From Methanotrichaceae archaeon (GTDB lineage Archaea > Halobacteriota > Methanosarcinia > Methanotrichales > Methanotrichaceae), in contig CAWDLW010000018.1 in assembly GCA_963803145.1 (NCBI GenBank), forward strand, positions 32,001 through 96,000: a stretch of 64,000 bases of DNA, read 5' to 3'. Positions 28,082 to 39,243 of the stretch are shown here, piece after piece (the first letter of the stretch is position 1; each line of letters starts with the position of its first letter). The position numbers were made by a program, and so were the translations under genes. A model generated the notes under the pieces. It was given only the letters and a program-made list of their open reading frames with translations. It made no database searches and was not told the origin of the DNA.

Positions 28082-28351
28082 TTATGTAGCATCCTTACTG
28101 AATACTTCGATATAATGATCGATATCTTGTCTCAAGTTCTCGTAAGGGCTTGATTCACATGGGAGATCTGATTCTTTTGCAAATTTTAATAATCTCACGA
28201 TAAACCGTTTATCTAAAGTATAATTCCCAACTTGGGGATTATTCAATATAACATTATACAGATATTCATATATCTCAATGCAATTACGTCTTTTGAGCAC
28301 GTTCTCCCATTGTGCCCAAATTGTTCCTTCATCATTATCCAATGTTATCAT
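28082..28351 (-). CDS. Hypothetical protein
   Basis: 89-aa ORF, AT-rich; no motif recognised. Confidence 0.4.
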   Translation of the reverse strand: MITLDNDEGTIWAQWENVLKRRNCIEIYEYLYNVILNNPQVGNYTLDKRFIVRLLKFAKESDLPCESSPYENLRQDIDHYIEVFSKDAT

Positions 28352-28629
28352 CTCCTGAAACTATTAGGTAGGCTAAAGCAAAAAACATTTGGATACCTTT
28401 TTAGCCTTCGTCGTATTTTTACCGCCAGAACCGCCACCAGCTCTTCGCCTTGGCCCTCATCTTCATCGGACGGTTAATGATACTATCTCGCCGGATGTCC
28501 GGATCCGCGTATATTGTGGCATTATATCCTTATAATAATATCTTGCAGTTCAAGCATATCTAAAAAACGAGGGGATAGATTACAGGTTGTACACACTGTA
28601 AAGGCATTTTGCGTTTGAGTTTTGTTTTC

Positions 28630-29076
28630 TTACATCACGCCAATTTGCTTAAGCATCCCCAGCAAGTCGTAGTTTAGCCTCTCCTCGACAATCGCGCCGT
28701 TCTTCCATGTGGCTACTGTGCAGAACTCGATATGGAATTTCTTGTTTGTTGGAGGAATCATTTTTCCGTCAGCCCCCTTCATTGGTCCCTTCATAGTGCC
28801 TGTAAAATCAGCCACAGTGCAAGTGTAATCGCCTTGTCCGAAAAAGATCTTATACGGATTATTTACTAGATGGTTGTCAGGAAATATTTTGAAGAATTCC
28901 ACAGCTTCACTATCATGGTTATGAATTCCTCTTGTCGGGTCGGGTTGACCAGGCCAGTACACGGCGACATTGTCAACATGGCGTTTCCTGAACGTCTCCC
29001 ACTCGGGACTTCCTGGCCCTGCATTCCAAGCATCATCCAACGTTTTCATTAGTCTTAGGTTTTCTTCCACGCTCAT
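28630..29076 (-). CDS. SnoaL-like ester cyclase family protein
   Basis: FFKIFPD...FGQGDYT...FTGTMKGP...IPPTNKKF...IVEE..YDLLGMLKQIG. Confidence 0.92.
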   Translation of the reverse strand: MSVEENLRLMKTLDDAWNAGPGSPEWETFRKRHVDNVAVYWPGQPDPTRGIHNHDSEAVEFFKIFPDNHLVNNPYKIFFGQGDYTCTVADFTGTMKGPMKGADGKMIPPTNKKFHIEFCTVATWKNGAIVEERLNYDLLGMLKQIGVM

Positions 29077-29254
29077 TCAAACTCCTCCGATGATATGATT
29101 ACGCTTACCTAATTACTAGCTAACCTTATAAGAACGAGTCTTTCGGCGGAATCCGCTTTCTGCCCATACTTTAAGACCGATATAACCAGACATCTCTTTG
29201 AAAAAATGGCATATCCACAAGACTTTATAATCTCATAAATAGTTGTTCAGATAT

Positions 29255-29348
29255 GGATGTTACCGGTCACTTGTGTAGCAGGATTGAATCCGTTCTTCGG
29301 GGTGTGCCATAATCGATGTACACCCCATCCCTGTTTGGTGGTAGCACC
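29255..29348 (+). ncRNA. Candidate structured small RNA
   Basis: Nested stems GGATGTTACC/GGTAGCACC, CAGGAT/ATCCCTG and GGGGTGTGC/GTACACCCC; TTTATAAT box about 25-30 nt upstream. Confidence 0.35.
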
Positions 29349-29471
29349 CGCATTCATATTATCCTTAGAAGAACGATGATCAAGATGATCAGAACCACAA
29401 GGCCAATTAATCCGCCACCATATACGCTTTCCATAAAATCACCCCAATATATTCAAAAATAGATTGTGCAA

Positions 29472-29684
29472 TTACTTCTTTTCTGGCACATCCACCGATA
29501 CTGTTTTGATGTTATCCTTGATTTTCTTTTCCGTATTCGCTGAAATTTCTTTCAAACTATGGGCTTCAGCAGCATGAGTTTTTGCATGTTTCATAATCTC
29601 CTCTGCTGTCTTTGCGCGCACCTGGAATCCACACTGCATGCCTATGTCACTACAGGACAGTTGCTTATACTCTTCTTTTGCCAT
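29472..29684 (-). CDS. DUF1059 small metal-binding protein
   Basis: SCSDIGMQCGFQVRAKTAEEIMKHAKTHAAEAH...KIKDNIK. Confidence 0.9.
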   Translation of the reverse strand: MAKEEYKQLSCSDIGMQCGFQVRAKTAEEIMKHAKTHAAEAHSLKEISANTEKKIKDNIKTVSVDVPEKK

Positions 29685-29908
29685 AGATATCTAATGGGAT
29701 GTCTTTAAATATAGATCTTTTGGTATCAAAATTTAAAAGTACTAAAATCCATATAAACTTAAAAATTAGTCAAACAAGCACACTCCTCAGTTCAGGTCGG
29801 AACTTTCCAAAATTTGGGAGGTACACTCCGACGTTAATAATCGAAAAAATGAGAAATATTATATGTTGAAAAAAATAGTTTTCCGAATTACGCCTGGATA
29901 TTTTGGAT

Positions 29909-30090
29909 CTATAGGCAAGTATCTAGGAGAGATTTTTTCTTTGCTACCCTTGAATCCCCGAGTTTGATCGGTACTACCTTGATATTTGCCTTGATTTTCT
30001 TTTCCAGCTCAGGCGATCTCTCCTTCACGCCGTGAGCTAAGCTCTGGTGCATATGTGCATGCTCGATGACCTCATAATCTGGATTTGCTC
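29909..30090 (-). pseudogene. 5'-truncated second DUF1059 copy
   Basis: EVIEHAHMHQSLAHGVKERSPELEKKIKANIK without the N-terminal CxDxGxxC. Confidence 0.6.
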
Positions 30091-30311
30091 TTACGTCTAC
30101 CCTAATAGCCTCCAACTTCTGACTATATAAATAACGAATAATGTTGCAATACTGGTAGTCTACCTTTGAGTCAACCAATATTCTGGATATAATAGGATAG
30201 CATTGAATAAAATACTTTGCTATCAAAAATCAAAAGTGCTATGAGCTATAAACATATAGATTTCAATAAACGATTCTCTCAATTTCAGAAGAGAAACTGA
30301 AAAGTGACCAG

Positions 30312-31322
30312 CTAAATGGGAGGCATCAGCGGCGGCCTAAATATTCCTCTTTCAGTTATCAGGGCTGAAACAAGATCCAGCGGCGTCGCATCAAATGCTG
30401 GATTATATATCTCTATTCCCTCGGGCGCAAGCTGGGCTCCGCCGAACGTGCACATTTCCGACGGATCCCTCTCCTCGACAATTATGTCTTCCTCACTATG
30501 CGCAATATCGAAGGTTGATAGAGGCGCCGCCACATAAAACGGAATACTATGTGCTCTTGCGAGAACTGCATGGTTATAGGTTCCTATCTTATTGAAAACC
30601 GCATCCTTAGTGACTCGATCTGCTCCCACAATTGCTTTATTAATCAACCCTTTTCGCATGAGGCTGCCAGATGCGCTCTCGCAGATCAAAGTGACAGGAA
30701 TCCCATCCTGTGAAAGTTCCCATGCCGTGAGCCTTGAACCCTGATTCAAAGGTCTTGTCTCGCAGGCATAGACATGGATATTTTTGCCTGCCTCAACTGC
30801 GGATCGGATAACTCCAAGAGCAGTTCCCCAGCCAACGCATGCGAGTCTTCCAGCATTGCAATGTGTGAGAACGTTGTCTCCATCATCCAGGAGCTTTGCC
30901 CCGTTGCGGCCTAAGGATTTGTTAATTTTGATATCATCTTCAGCGATCTGTTCTGCTTCTCTCAAGCTTGCATCAATGATATCTTCAACCGTATCGCAAC
31001 CGGATGCAGCCTTCAAAACTCTATCCACACCCCAAGAAAGGTTAACAGCAGTAGGCCTCGCTGACTTGATCATATCTGCAGCGATGTCAAGCTCTTGCAG
31101 GAGGTCATAAGGATTCGAAACCCTGGAAAGATGAGCGGCGAGCGCGATGCCATAGCCTCCTGCCGCACCCAAAGCAGGCGCGCCCCGAACCCGGAGGGAT
31201 TTTATCGCCTCTACTAAATTCTTTATGCTACCAATTTTGATGGCTTTCAGCTCACCAGGAAGCTTTGTCTGGTCTATCATCCACAGGCCATCATCCCACC
31301 AGATCGTCCTGGATTCGCACAT
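30312..31322 (-). CDS. mtnA: Methylthioribose-1-phosphate isomerase
   Basis: IDQTKLP, VRGAPALG, ARPTAVNL, LTHCNAGRLA, ETRPLNQGSRLTAWEL, NPAFDATP. Confidence 0.95.
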   Translation of the reverse strand: MCESRTIWWDDGLWMIDQTKLPGELKAIKIGSIKNLVEAIKSLRVRGAPALGAAGGYGIALAAHLSRVSNPYDLLQELDIAADMIKSARPTAVNLSWGVDRVLKAASGCDTVEDIIDASLREAEQIAEDDIKINKSLGRNGAKLLDDGDNVLTHCNAGRLACVGWGTALGVIRSAVEAGKNIHVYACETRPLNQGSRLTAWELSQDGIPVTLICESASGSLMRKGLINKAIVGADRVTKDAVFNKIGTYNHAVLARAHSIPFYVAAPLSTFDIAHSEEDIIVEERDPSEMCTFGGAQLAPEGIEIYNPAFDATPLDLVSALITERGIFRPPLMPPI

Positions 31323-31333
31323 AGGCACTAAAA

Positions 31334-32026
31334 TCACCTTTTTCGGATTAGTTCAGCAGAGCCGGATCTTGAGAGATGGAGCTCATCGATGTTATCAAAG
31401 ATTCCGTGCTCGACGATGCCAGGAATAACGCTCAGCTTGGCAGAGAGCGCCGACGGATCATCGATAACCCCAAAGTCCGCATCCATTACGAAGTTACCGT
31501 TATCGGTAATTACAGGCCCATCCTTCATCTTCGCCTGCCTGAGCACCGGGATACCGCCAATACTCTTTAACTTGCGCTCCACGAGCCGGAAAGCGAACGG
31601 CAGTACCTCCACGGGAACTGGATGGCTCATCTTGTCCACATACTTCGAGCCGTCTAATACTACTATGAACCTCTTAGCAGAATGCGAGACTACCTTCTCG
31701 CGAGTATGAGCCGCACCTCCCCCTTTTATCGCAAAAAGATTCATATCTACCTGGTCCGCTCCATCGATTGCAAGATCGAGGACTGGATGCTGACTCAATG
31801 TCGTAAGCGTTATGCCTGATTCTATCGCCAGGGATTCGGCCTGATAGGATGTAGGCACCCCAAGTATCTCCAGACCTTCCTCTCGGACCTGTAGACCAAG
31901 CTTCCTGATAGTCCATGCAACGGTTGATCCTGTTCCTAGACCAACAACCATACCGTCTTTGACCAGCAAGGCAGCCGATTCGCCTGCTACCTTTTTATCC
32001 TCTTGATTGGCAGAAGCAACCTTCAT
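31334..32026 (-). CDS. rpiA: Ribose-5-phosphate isomerase A
   Basis: [31 protein letters not shown]. Confidence 0.97.
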   Translation of the reverse strand: MKVASANQEDKKVAGESAALLVKDGMVVGLGTGSTVAWTIRKLGLQVREEGLEILGVPTSYQAESLAIESGITLTTLSQHPVLDLAIDGADQVDMNLFAIKGGGAAHTREKVVSHSAKRFIVVLDGSKYVDKMSHPVPVEVLPFAFRLVERKLKSIGGIPVLRQAKMKDGPVITDNGNFVMDADFGVIDDPSALSAKLSVIPGIVEHGIFDNIDELHLSRSGSAELIRKR

Positions 32027-32063
32027 TTTAGTCAGTCCTTATTTCAATCAGCCCTCATTTCAG

Positions 32064-33677
32064 TCAGCCCTTTATCTGACTTCGAACTGTAGTGAACATA
32101 GGACCACGCATATCGATCTTATGCTTATGGCTTGTGATGTACCTTTCAAGCACAGGATAGATCCTGATATTTATATCCCCTGGACTGCGAACAATCCTGA
32201 CGCGTGTCTCAGAGTCCTTCCCTGAGGAAGTTGCAGCCTCGATTTCGCTTGCTGCGAGCTCAGCAAATGCATCGATGTACCTGATGTCGGTCGTCACGCC
32301 TTCCTGGAACGCCTCCTCCCAGCGCGATGTATGCGGAATTCCCATTATATTCTGCTTGTGGACTACTATCTCATTAAGATAGGCAGGTCCGCACAGCTTC
32401 GTGTTCTCCTCAGGCTCGACTACTGATATCTTCACAATCTTGCCGAAAAGCTCGCCCTCCCAGGCAACGAATTCACAGGGCGACGGCGTATCGCCGTGTT
32501 CTAGGCTTGTGTTAACAATTGCCTTGAAGATAGCCCTCCCAGCCTCTGTACACGGACTCTTATCTACAAGAATCATCTGAGCCATCTCCCTTAAAGTCAG
32601 CTCAAAGTCCGTCTTGAACTGAGGATATGAGAGTGCACGAACATCCTGAGAGTTATGAAGTATCATAGCAATTCTCTCGACTCCTAGGCCGAGGTTCATA
32701 ACAGGATAAGGTATATCATACTGCGATAGGGCCGTTGGCGAATAGATACCAAATGTAGCAACCTCAACCCAGCCGCTCTGGTACTTTGTAGCTGATCCTA
32801 TCAGGCCTGGATGGTAGGCGTAGACCTCAATCTGAGTATCCGGAGTATAGTATTTGCTACGCTTTTCGTCAGGCTGGAACCTGAACTTCTGAAATCCGAA
32901 CTGGCTCAGAAGCCCGTCTGCCACTGCCTTGCCATCGTCGACCGATAGATCCTCATCCATTATTACACAGCTCGCCGAGTGATAGCTCATAAGCCTGGCA
33001 GCATCCTCCGCCTGCTCTCTTCTGAAGCAGCGGTCTATTGAGAAGAGCTTTACAGGCAACTTCTGCCTATAATGGAGGCTCGATAATGTCAGGAACCAGC
33101 CTGATGTCATGTGGCTTCTAAGGGTTCGTGTCGTGGCCTCAGCCTTTAGCGCCCTGAACTCCGGGAATACGTTTTCAATCACAGCTGCAACTTGTGCATC
33201 TGGCGCCGCGATTGCCTTTGCGATTTCCTGAACTAAATCATCGCCCTCAATCCTGCCCTTCTTGTAGCCGTGGAGAATTTGGCGCACAGCCTCTACCTCA
33301 TCCGGCGTAAGAGAACGGCCGATGAGAGCATTTATCTGGGCAATTCTCTCGTCCGAGATTCCAATATCCGGCCTTGGGAGGCCTGCCAAGTAGAAGCATC
33401 TATCCAGTACTGCAAGTGCCTCTGATCCGAACTGCTTGTAAACATCCTGGGCCTCGACCATGACAGGATTCATTGCCTCGGTGAAGCCCAATCGAAGATA
33501 TGCCTCCCTCAGCCTCTGGATAGTGTCAAAGATGGGATGAGGTGTGCCGTAATGGAACGTCTTTCTGGGATAACGCTCGTTCAACGGCGGCTTCTTAAGA
33601 TATTCCCTCCCTTGTCGCCAAGTCTTATCAAAATCTGCCAATGCTTCTTCTCTCACCCGTGCGGGATCAAATTTCAT
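32064..33677 (-). CDS. sepS: O-phosphoserine--tRNA(Cys) ligase
   Basis: MKFDP..., LDRCFYLAGLPRP, TLRSHMTSGWF, SIDRCFRREQ.EDA.RL, VMNLGLGVER. Confidence 0.97.
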   Translation of the reverse strand: MKFDPARVREEALADFDKTWRQGREYLKKPPLNERYPRKTFHYGTPHPIFDTIQRLREAYLRLGFTEAMNPVMVEAQDVYKQFGSEALAVLDRCFYLAGLPRPDIGISDERIAQINALIGRSLTPDEVEAVRQILHGYKKGRIEGDDLVQEIAKAIAAPDAQVAAVIENVFPEFRALKAEATTRTLRSHMTSGWFLTLSSLHYRQKLPVKLFSIDRCFRREQAEDAARLMSYHSASCVIMDEDLSVDDGKAVADGLLSQFGFQKFRFQPDEKRSKYYTPDTQIEVYAYHPGLIGSATKYQSGWVEVATFGIYSPTALSQYDIPYPVMNLGLGVERIAMILHNSQDVRALSYPQFKTDFELTLREMAQMILVDKSPCTEAGRAIFKAIVNTSLEHGDTPSPCEFVAWEGELFGKIVKISVVEPEENTKLCGPAYLNEIVVHKQNIMGIPHTSRWEEAFQEGVTTDIRYIDAFAELAASEIEAATSSGKDSETRVRIVRSPGDINIRIYPVLERYITSHKHKIDMRGPMFTTVRSQIKG

Positions 33678-33681
33678 ACTT

Positions 33682-34335
33682 TCAGACTCCGGCACTTCTA
33701 TCTTTAAGTTTATCCTCTAACTCGCGTAAGCATGATTCGACCTTTGCCATCTCGATGGCATTTGTCAAATCGCCCCTCGTTCGCTCAAGCATCGATCTGG
33801 CCAGATCGCTCTTCCTGCGCAGGCCCCTTGTAATGGCTTCAGGATAGTCAAAGAGCATCAAAAGATGATAAATTTCCTCCATTATATCGAGGAAATACTC
33901 GCCCTCCTCGGGTTTGCCGAGCCTAATCAGGTCCAGGATATGTCGACGGAGTTCACCCGTCGTATCACCGAGGCCAGATAGGTAGTTCACGAGGTCAACG
34001 CCAATCTCCTCAGGCATCAATACCTCATGTCTCGTTGTTATCGAGTAAACGCTCCTGGCTTCGGCATATTCCTGCTCCGCCACATCGATAAACCCTGAAT
34101 ACCGAATATCTTGGTGGTCTTTAAGAATATCATGAACATTATCGAGGGAGAGATGGGCCTTATCCATAAGCCGCTGTGCCTCATCGAGATCATTCCGATG
34201 AATTGACTTGATAGCCGCTGAACAGAAGCGCACTATCTCGCGGGATATCACAAGGGCCTCTTCCCGAGCTCTATCCTTGGCCTTGAAACTGTCAAGCATG
34301 CTTCCAGCTAGACCATTTAGGGATGGGAATGGCAT
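33682..34335 (-). CDS. Translin/Trax (C3PO-like) family protein
   Basis: KDRAREEAL..SREIVR, QEYAEA, YLSGLGDTTGELRR, LRRKSD.AR..LERT. Confidence 0.9.
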   Translation of the reverse strand: MPFPSLNGLAGSMLDSFKAKDRAREEALVISREIVRFCSAAIKSIHRNDLDEAQRLMDKAHLSLDNVHDILKDHQDIRYSGFIDVAEQEYAEARSVYSITTRHEVLMPEEIGVDLVNYLSGLGDTTGELRRHILDLIRLGKPEEGEYFLDIMEEIYHLLMLFDYPEAITRGLRRKSDLARSMLERTRGDLTNAIEMAKVESCLRELEDKLKDRSAGV

Positions 34336-34347
34336 AAGTATAACTCT

Positions 34348-35118
34348 TTAGTCCTTGTTCATCAATTTTTTCAAACGTCTGAGTGATCTCTGTCCCTCTT
34401 CAAGGGATCGAGATTCCGTCACCATACGTCCCTGATATCCATCCAACGCCGCAACAACCTTGTTCCAGGGAACGGTTCCAAAGCCTACGGGGAGATGCTC
34501 ATCCCTTACGCCATGGTTGTCGTGAATATGCGCATGAATTATGATATCTCGGAGTTCAAGAAACTTATCGAGACACCCATTTGTATTCGCGTGCCCGACA
34601 TCCAAGATAAAACCCACATTGTCTCTATTTACGGTTTCCAATATGCCTGTTATCTCCTCCGGCCTTTTGCCGAGGATTGCAGGCATATTTACCATATTCT
34701 CTACAGCAATTGTCATATCCAGACCGCTCGCGTGATCGCAAATCTCCTGGATTCCTAAAATGTTCTGGGACCATGCCTTATCTGGCATTTGCATTCCTAG
34801 GGGCGAGAGGTGTCCCGGATGGACGACCGCCAGGCGACTGAAATCGCTTGCCATATCAAGGCAGCTCTTCATCTGCCTGACTGTTTCATCCCATATCGGC
34901 TGATTCATGCTCGCCAAATTCAGATCGGAGTATGGCAGATGAATGGTAATAGTTAGATTAGTAGTTTCAGCTATCTTCTTCGCCTCTTCAATATTCTCAA
35001 GAGTAAGCTTTTGTTTGCCCTCGTTCACTATCTCCCAGCCGGTATATCCCAGATCCTCGAGCTGGTAGGCCCAATCAAACGGTCTATCAACTAATGCGCT
35101 TGATGAGAAGCTAAACAT
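34348..35118 (-). CDS. Sugar phosphate isomerase/epimerase / AP endonuclease 2 TIM-barrel protein
   Basis: IHLPYSDLNLAS, VHPG, VENM, LDVGHAN, HIHDNHG..DEHLPVG. Confidence 0.9.
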   Translation of the reverse strand: MFSFSSSALVDRPFDWAYQLEDLGYTGWEIVNEGKQKLTLENIEEAKKIAETTNLTITIHLPYSDLNLASMNQPIWDETVRQMKSCLDMASDFSRLAVVHPGHLSPLGMQMPDKAWSQNILGIQEICDHASGLDMTIAVENMVNMPAILGKRPEEITGILETVNRDNVGFILDVGHANTNGCLDKFLELRDIIIHAHIHDNHGVRDEHLPVGFGTVPWNKVVAALDGYQGRMVTESRSLEEGQRSLRRLKKLMNKD

Positions 35119-35539
35119 CCTCTGTTACCTCGCTGATATCCAATTCTCTGATAGGTATGCCATTCTCAGTCTTAGGCGCAAGCCAATCGATAACGCGATC
35201 TCCACCGGTAATCTGGACATGAATTGATCCTAAAGGCTCCTCCTCAGGAGGAAAGTTAACCTTTCCCATGAGTGCCGCCTGCTTGTTCAGCCTGAACTGA
35301 ACTACATCGCCCAAAAGCCCATCAAGCATTACGGAGCGCGCTGTATCGAGGATCTTCTGCTCCCGCAGAAGCATATGAAATGTCTTTAGGGATTCAAGGC
35401 CATTATATGCTTCAATCCTGTCCTCTCTAATATCCATTGTGAGACCCGGAAAAATCATTTCAATTGCAGAGGCAATCAGCTCTACGCGCTCTGTGGTTCT
35501 GACAAGAGAATATATTGAGACCTCTATCGTCGCAATCAC
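35111..35539 (-). CDS. UPF0201/DUF54 RNA-binding-like protein
   Basis: LREQKILDTARSV...FRLNKQAA.MGKVNF...PLGSIHV...WLAPKT..G.P. Confidence 0.88.
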   Translation of the reverse strand: MIATIEVSIYSLVRTTERVELIASAIEMIFPGLTMDIREDRIEAYNGLESLKTFHMLLREQKILDTARSVMLDGLLGDVVQFRLNKQAALMGKVNFPPEEEPLGSIHVQITGGDRVIDWLAPKTENGIPIRELDISEVTEDV

Positions 35540-35546
35540 CTGAATT

Positions 35547-36788
35547 TTAGTGGCTGCTGGTCTTATATCTGAGGATGGCAGCGATTCCACCAAATGCCTT
35601 GTAAAGCTGGGCACCCTCCTCAAACTCCGTGGATATTATCTTGACTGTAGATCCATTCGCCTCAGCCAGCTTTGAGAGATCGGCGACTATATCCTCCTCA
35701 CTTTCAATGCTGAGGGGGTTGCCGCACTTTAGGCAGTTGCCCAATGGCGATGAGCCGGAAGATCTCGTCTGGCTCTCTGAGAAGTCGCAGCTCCTGTTGG
35801 TGCAGATGATCTTGGCGCGGGTCTTCCTCAGATCCTCCGATAACAACAATGTATCCACTGCGCCGAGCTCAAGATCGTGCCTTACCTCCTTGTCGCCATA
35901 GGACGCGAGGCCGGCATCGCTCACCAGCTCCTTCATGAACCTTCTCATAATGAGCTTGTCCTGAGTAAGCTCCAGATCCAGAAGCCTATCCTGCGCGGCA
36001 TCAACAAGCTCAAAAAGCCCAGATTCGTCAGTATAAGATACATCCAGTGCATCCAGCACCTTTCGCTGCAGTTCATGGTGCAGGAACCCGCCCTCAACGA
36101 ACTCCTCCTTTGTAGGCGATGGCCCACCAACCAATATCCCCTGAAGATCTTTGGGATCTATCGCTAGGAATGCATCATTGGCAGAATCGCCTATTCTACC
36201 GTAGAAGTCATGTATGGCAATCAGACGAAGCTGCTGGAACCTGTGGCTCGACTGACCGCCCTTCCTCTGCTTTCCGGGAACAGTAGATGTGAGATGTTTC
36301 ATCGGCTCTATAGTCTTTCCCCGGAGGATTCCTATCGCCGCCTCCCTTCTATCCAGGACTATCAAGCCGAAGGTCTTCTTATCTGCCAGCATCTCCTCCA
36401 GGGGTTCGAGCAGGAATGCCGAGTCACAATGATACCTATAAGTTACAATCGGGTCTGGTGGCTCAAGTGCAACGCTGTACATATCAGTTCTATTGCCACC
36501 AATATCCACGTTTCCGATGAAGATCACTACGCCGTTCTGCGGTGGCTTTGGGATGAGCTTGAGCCTTGACATAGCGGACTCAAGAGCGCTCTGCACGCTC
36601 AGCCTTGTTACCCTGGATTTTATGTTTGAGGCCTGGCCATACTCCTCACGAAGCTGGGACGTCACATCAGATATCTGCTTGTCCGGAGGAATATAGAGCG
36701 AAATCAGCTCTGTCCCTCTTCCGGTCTTGCTCCTCAGATCGTCGAGCAGGCGCTTGAACTCATACTTTTCTTGTGCAGTGAACTCCAT
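35547..36788 (-). CDS. prf1: Peptide chain release factor aRF1
   Basis: GRGTELISLYIPP, ASNIKS, YHCDS.F, KGGQSS.RF, FGGIAAILRY. Confidence 0.98.
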   Translation of the reverse strand: MEFTAQEKYEFKRLLDDLRSKTGRGTELISLYIPPDKQISDVTSQLREEYGQASNIKSRVTRLSVQSALESAMSRLKLIPKPPQNGVVIFIGNVDIGGNRTDMYSVALEPPDPIVTYRYHCDSAFLLEPLEEMLADKKTFGLIVLDRREAAIGILRGKTIEPMKHLTSTVPGKQRKGGQSSHRFQQLRLIAIHDFYGRIGDSANDAFLAIDPKDLQGILVGGPSPTKEEFVEGGFLHHELQRKVLDALDVSYTDESGLFELVDAAQDRLLDLELTQDKLIMRRFMKELVSDAGLASYGDKEVRHDLELGAVDTLLLSEDLRKTRAKIICTNRSCDFSESQTRSSGSSPLGNCLKCGNPLSIESEEDIVADLSKLAEANGSTVKIISTEFEEGAQLYKAFGGIAAILRYKTSSH

Positions 36789-36976
36789 TTCCGTGAATCT
36801 CCTAAAATTCGTCACGGCCATGATATAAAAGGCTTCTTAGAAGGGTTATCTTATATAAGCCTGAGGCCGAAAAACCATCTGCAATAAACTGTTTGTTGGA
36901 TGGCAAATTCCATAAGCTGGGCTTTACCGATCCAACCAAATGCATAGGGCTTGTCTTGCGCGAGAATTGATCGGAT

Positions 36977-37273
36977 TTAATCGATCTTGAGCCTTATGCT
37001 TTTCTCCGAAGTTCGTTTATATGGTACATTAACTATTAGCATGCCGTCTGAGAACCCACCAAGGGCCTTTTCGGGATCTACCGGACCTGGCAATGCAAAA
37101 GCACCTTTAAAGGTTATATCGCCGGCCTTTGCTATCATGTAGAATCCATCGCCAAGGAAGCTAAATTCGATATCTTCTTTTTTTACACCGGGCAGATCTA
37201 CCTGAATGTTAAGACTCTCAGAGTTCTCATCGTTATACATGCATACATCTGGAGCTACAATTCTTTCTACCAT
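36977..37273 (-). CDS. Hsp20/alpha-crystallin family protein
   Basis: VDLPGVKKEDI...LPGPVDPEKA...FSDGMLIVNVP. Confidence 0.88.
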   Translation of the reverse strand: MVERIVAPDVCMYNDENSESLNIQVDLPGVKKEDIEFSFLGDGFYMIAKAGDITFKGAFALPGPVDPEKALGGFSDGMLIVNVPYKRTSEKSIRLKID

Positions 37274-37766
37274 TAAACATCTCCAATAAAGTATACGCGC
37301 AGATACCAATTAAAACTTTTTATTAGAGATCCGTCACAATAATGCAATCAATGGCTAAAATATTCTTTAAATGCTTAGAAAGAACCCCATCCTCGAAGAT
37401 GAAATAATCCCTGTCAGGGTAATATATCGGCACAAAAGCGAAGTGTCAGATAGCCAATCTGGAATATATTTTTTAGAATGTATTGCCCGTTTATCAGCCG
37501 ATATATACATCCAAATATACACTTATATAAACCACTAACACCGTTAGTACACTCATAATACAATTTCATCCTAACATGCCAATAATAGCAAGCGAAGGTG
37601 CATTAGCTCATGTGGTAAAGATCACTGATGTTTTTAAATCGTGATATTATTTTATTTTCTTACTTTACTAATCTGCATTTCAGAACAAAGAAGTCCAACT
37701 TTCTCTTGAAATTCACGGAGACATATAGAGTAAAATTTATATATGATAGATGATAAGATACAATTT

Positions 37767-37832
37767 GGATCCGGGGTTATTCAAACGACTTTTATAGTCA
37801 TCCATCCCCTCAAGATGAATAGACCCGGGTCC
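37767..37832 (+). ncRNA. Candidate small stem-loop RNA with its own promoter
   Basis: GGATCCGGGGTTATTCA pairs with TGAATAGACCCGGGTCC; AAAATTTATATAT box about 25 nt upstream. Confidence 0.4.
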
Positions 37833-37945
37833 TCCCCTCGAATAATCTTCTCAAAAACTCTCATTGCCTATAGCCATCTTTTTATATCCTGCTTATCATA
37901 AATTCCCTAAATTATTAAGGTTTTGGTGGGGGCTCGGTTGAACCT

Positions 37946-38338
37946 ATGATAGAGATTGATACCAGGAAGCAGGCTGAGGTCATAGATATAACCTCGTCTG
38001 TAGAGAGAGCACTGGCTGAGAGCAAGGTACAAAGTGGAATATGCCTAATTTATACACTTCATACAACTACAGGAATAACTGTAAACGAGGCTGAGGGAGA
38101 CCTTACTCAGGATATTATGAGGCTTATGGCTACACTCGTTCCAGAAGGCGCTGGCTACAGACACGACAGGTCGGATGGGAATGCGTCAGCTCATCTTCGA
38201 GCAGTTCTCATTGGAAACAGTGCCGTTATACCCATTGAAAAAGGAATGCTGGTGCTCGGGACATGGCAGAAAATACTTTTCATTGAGCAGGATGGCCCGC
38301 GGCATCGCAGAGTTTATGTCAAGGCCATCCCGGATTAG
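37946..38338 (+). CDS. yjbQ: YjbQ/UPF0047 family protein
   Basis: HTTTGITVNE, YRHD..DGNASAHL, LGTWQ.I.F.E.DGPR.R. Confidence 0.93.
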   Translation: MIEIDTRKQAEVIDITSSVERALAESKVQSGICLIYTLHTTTGITVNEAEGDLTQDIMRLMATLVPEGAGYRHDRSDGNASAHLRAVLIGNSAVIPIEKGMLVLGTWQKILFIEQDGPRHRRVYVKAIPD

Positions 38339-38376
38339 AGAATATCTACAATTTATGATATTGGCAATTAAGGCTA

Positions 38377-39243
38377 TCAAATAGGGGTGCCGGTTGTCTG
38401 AGTCAGCTCCCTAAAGGCTGCCATGAGATCCTTCGTAATAGGTCCGGGCTTGCCACTCCCAATGACCCTGCCATCAACCTTTGTAACAGGTGCAACCTCC
38501 GCCGCAGTTCCCGTGACGAAGACCTCATCCGCTGTATAAAGATCAAAAAGCCCTAGGTCGCGCTCAGAGATGTTATAGCCCAATGCCCTGGCCAGCTCGA
38601 TAACCGCCTCGCGAGTTATACCCTTCAGATTGTTGATGGTGTATGGGGTGAAGATTTTGCCATCCTTGATAGCAAAGATATTATCACCGCTACCCTCAGA
38701 GATCCTTCCCTGTGCGTCTAAAATTATGGCCTCATTGCCGCCTTTGATATTTGCCTCTATCTTGGCCATGACGTTATTAAGGTAGTTCAGACTCTTTGTA
38801 TTTGGAGGCAATGAATCCGGCGAGTTCCTGCGGACAGTGACTGTAACTGCAGTTAGGCCAACCTCGTAGAGGTTTCCATACATCGCACCCCATTCGACTG
38901 CCATAACTATGACTGTTGGAATGCTACATTTATTTGGGTCCAGGCCCAGATCACCAATGCCTCTGGTGACTATGGGGCGGATATAAGCATTTTTTAGGTT
39001 ATTCTTGCGCAGCGTCTCCAATATGATCTCTCCCATCTCCTCTTGGCTGATGGGAATGCACAGCAGGATTGCCTGAGCTGAATCAAATAACCTCTTAACA
39101 TGTTCCTTTAGTCTGAAGACACGCCCCTGATAAGCTCGGATGCCCTCGAAGACACCATCGCCGTACAGGAGACCATGATCGAAGACCGAGATAGCCGCCT
39201 CTTCAGATGGGACGAATTTGCCATTTATATAAATTAGACTCAT
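38377..39243 (-). CDS. ilvE: Branched-chain amino acid aminotransferase
   Basis: [41 protein letters not shown]. Confidence 0.97.
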   Translation of the reverse strand: MSLIYINGKFVPSEEAAISVFDHGLLYGDGVFEGIRAYQGRVFRLKEHVKRLFDSAQAILLCIPISQEEMGEIILETLRKNNLKNAYIRPIVTRGIGDLGLDPNKCSIPTVIVMAVEWGAMYGNLYEVGLTAVTVTVRRNSPDSLPPNTKSLNYLNNVMAKIEANIKGGNEAIILDAQGRISEGSGDNIFAIKDGKIFTPYTINNLKGITREAVIELARALGYNISERDLGLFDLYTADEVFVTGTAAEVAPVTKVDGRVIGSGKPGPITKDLMAAFRELTQTTGTPI

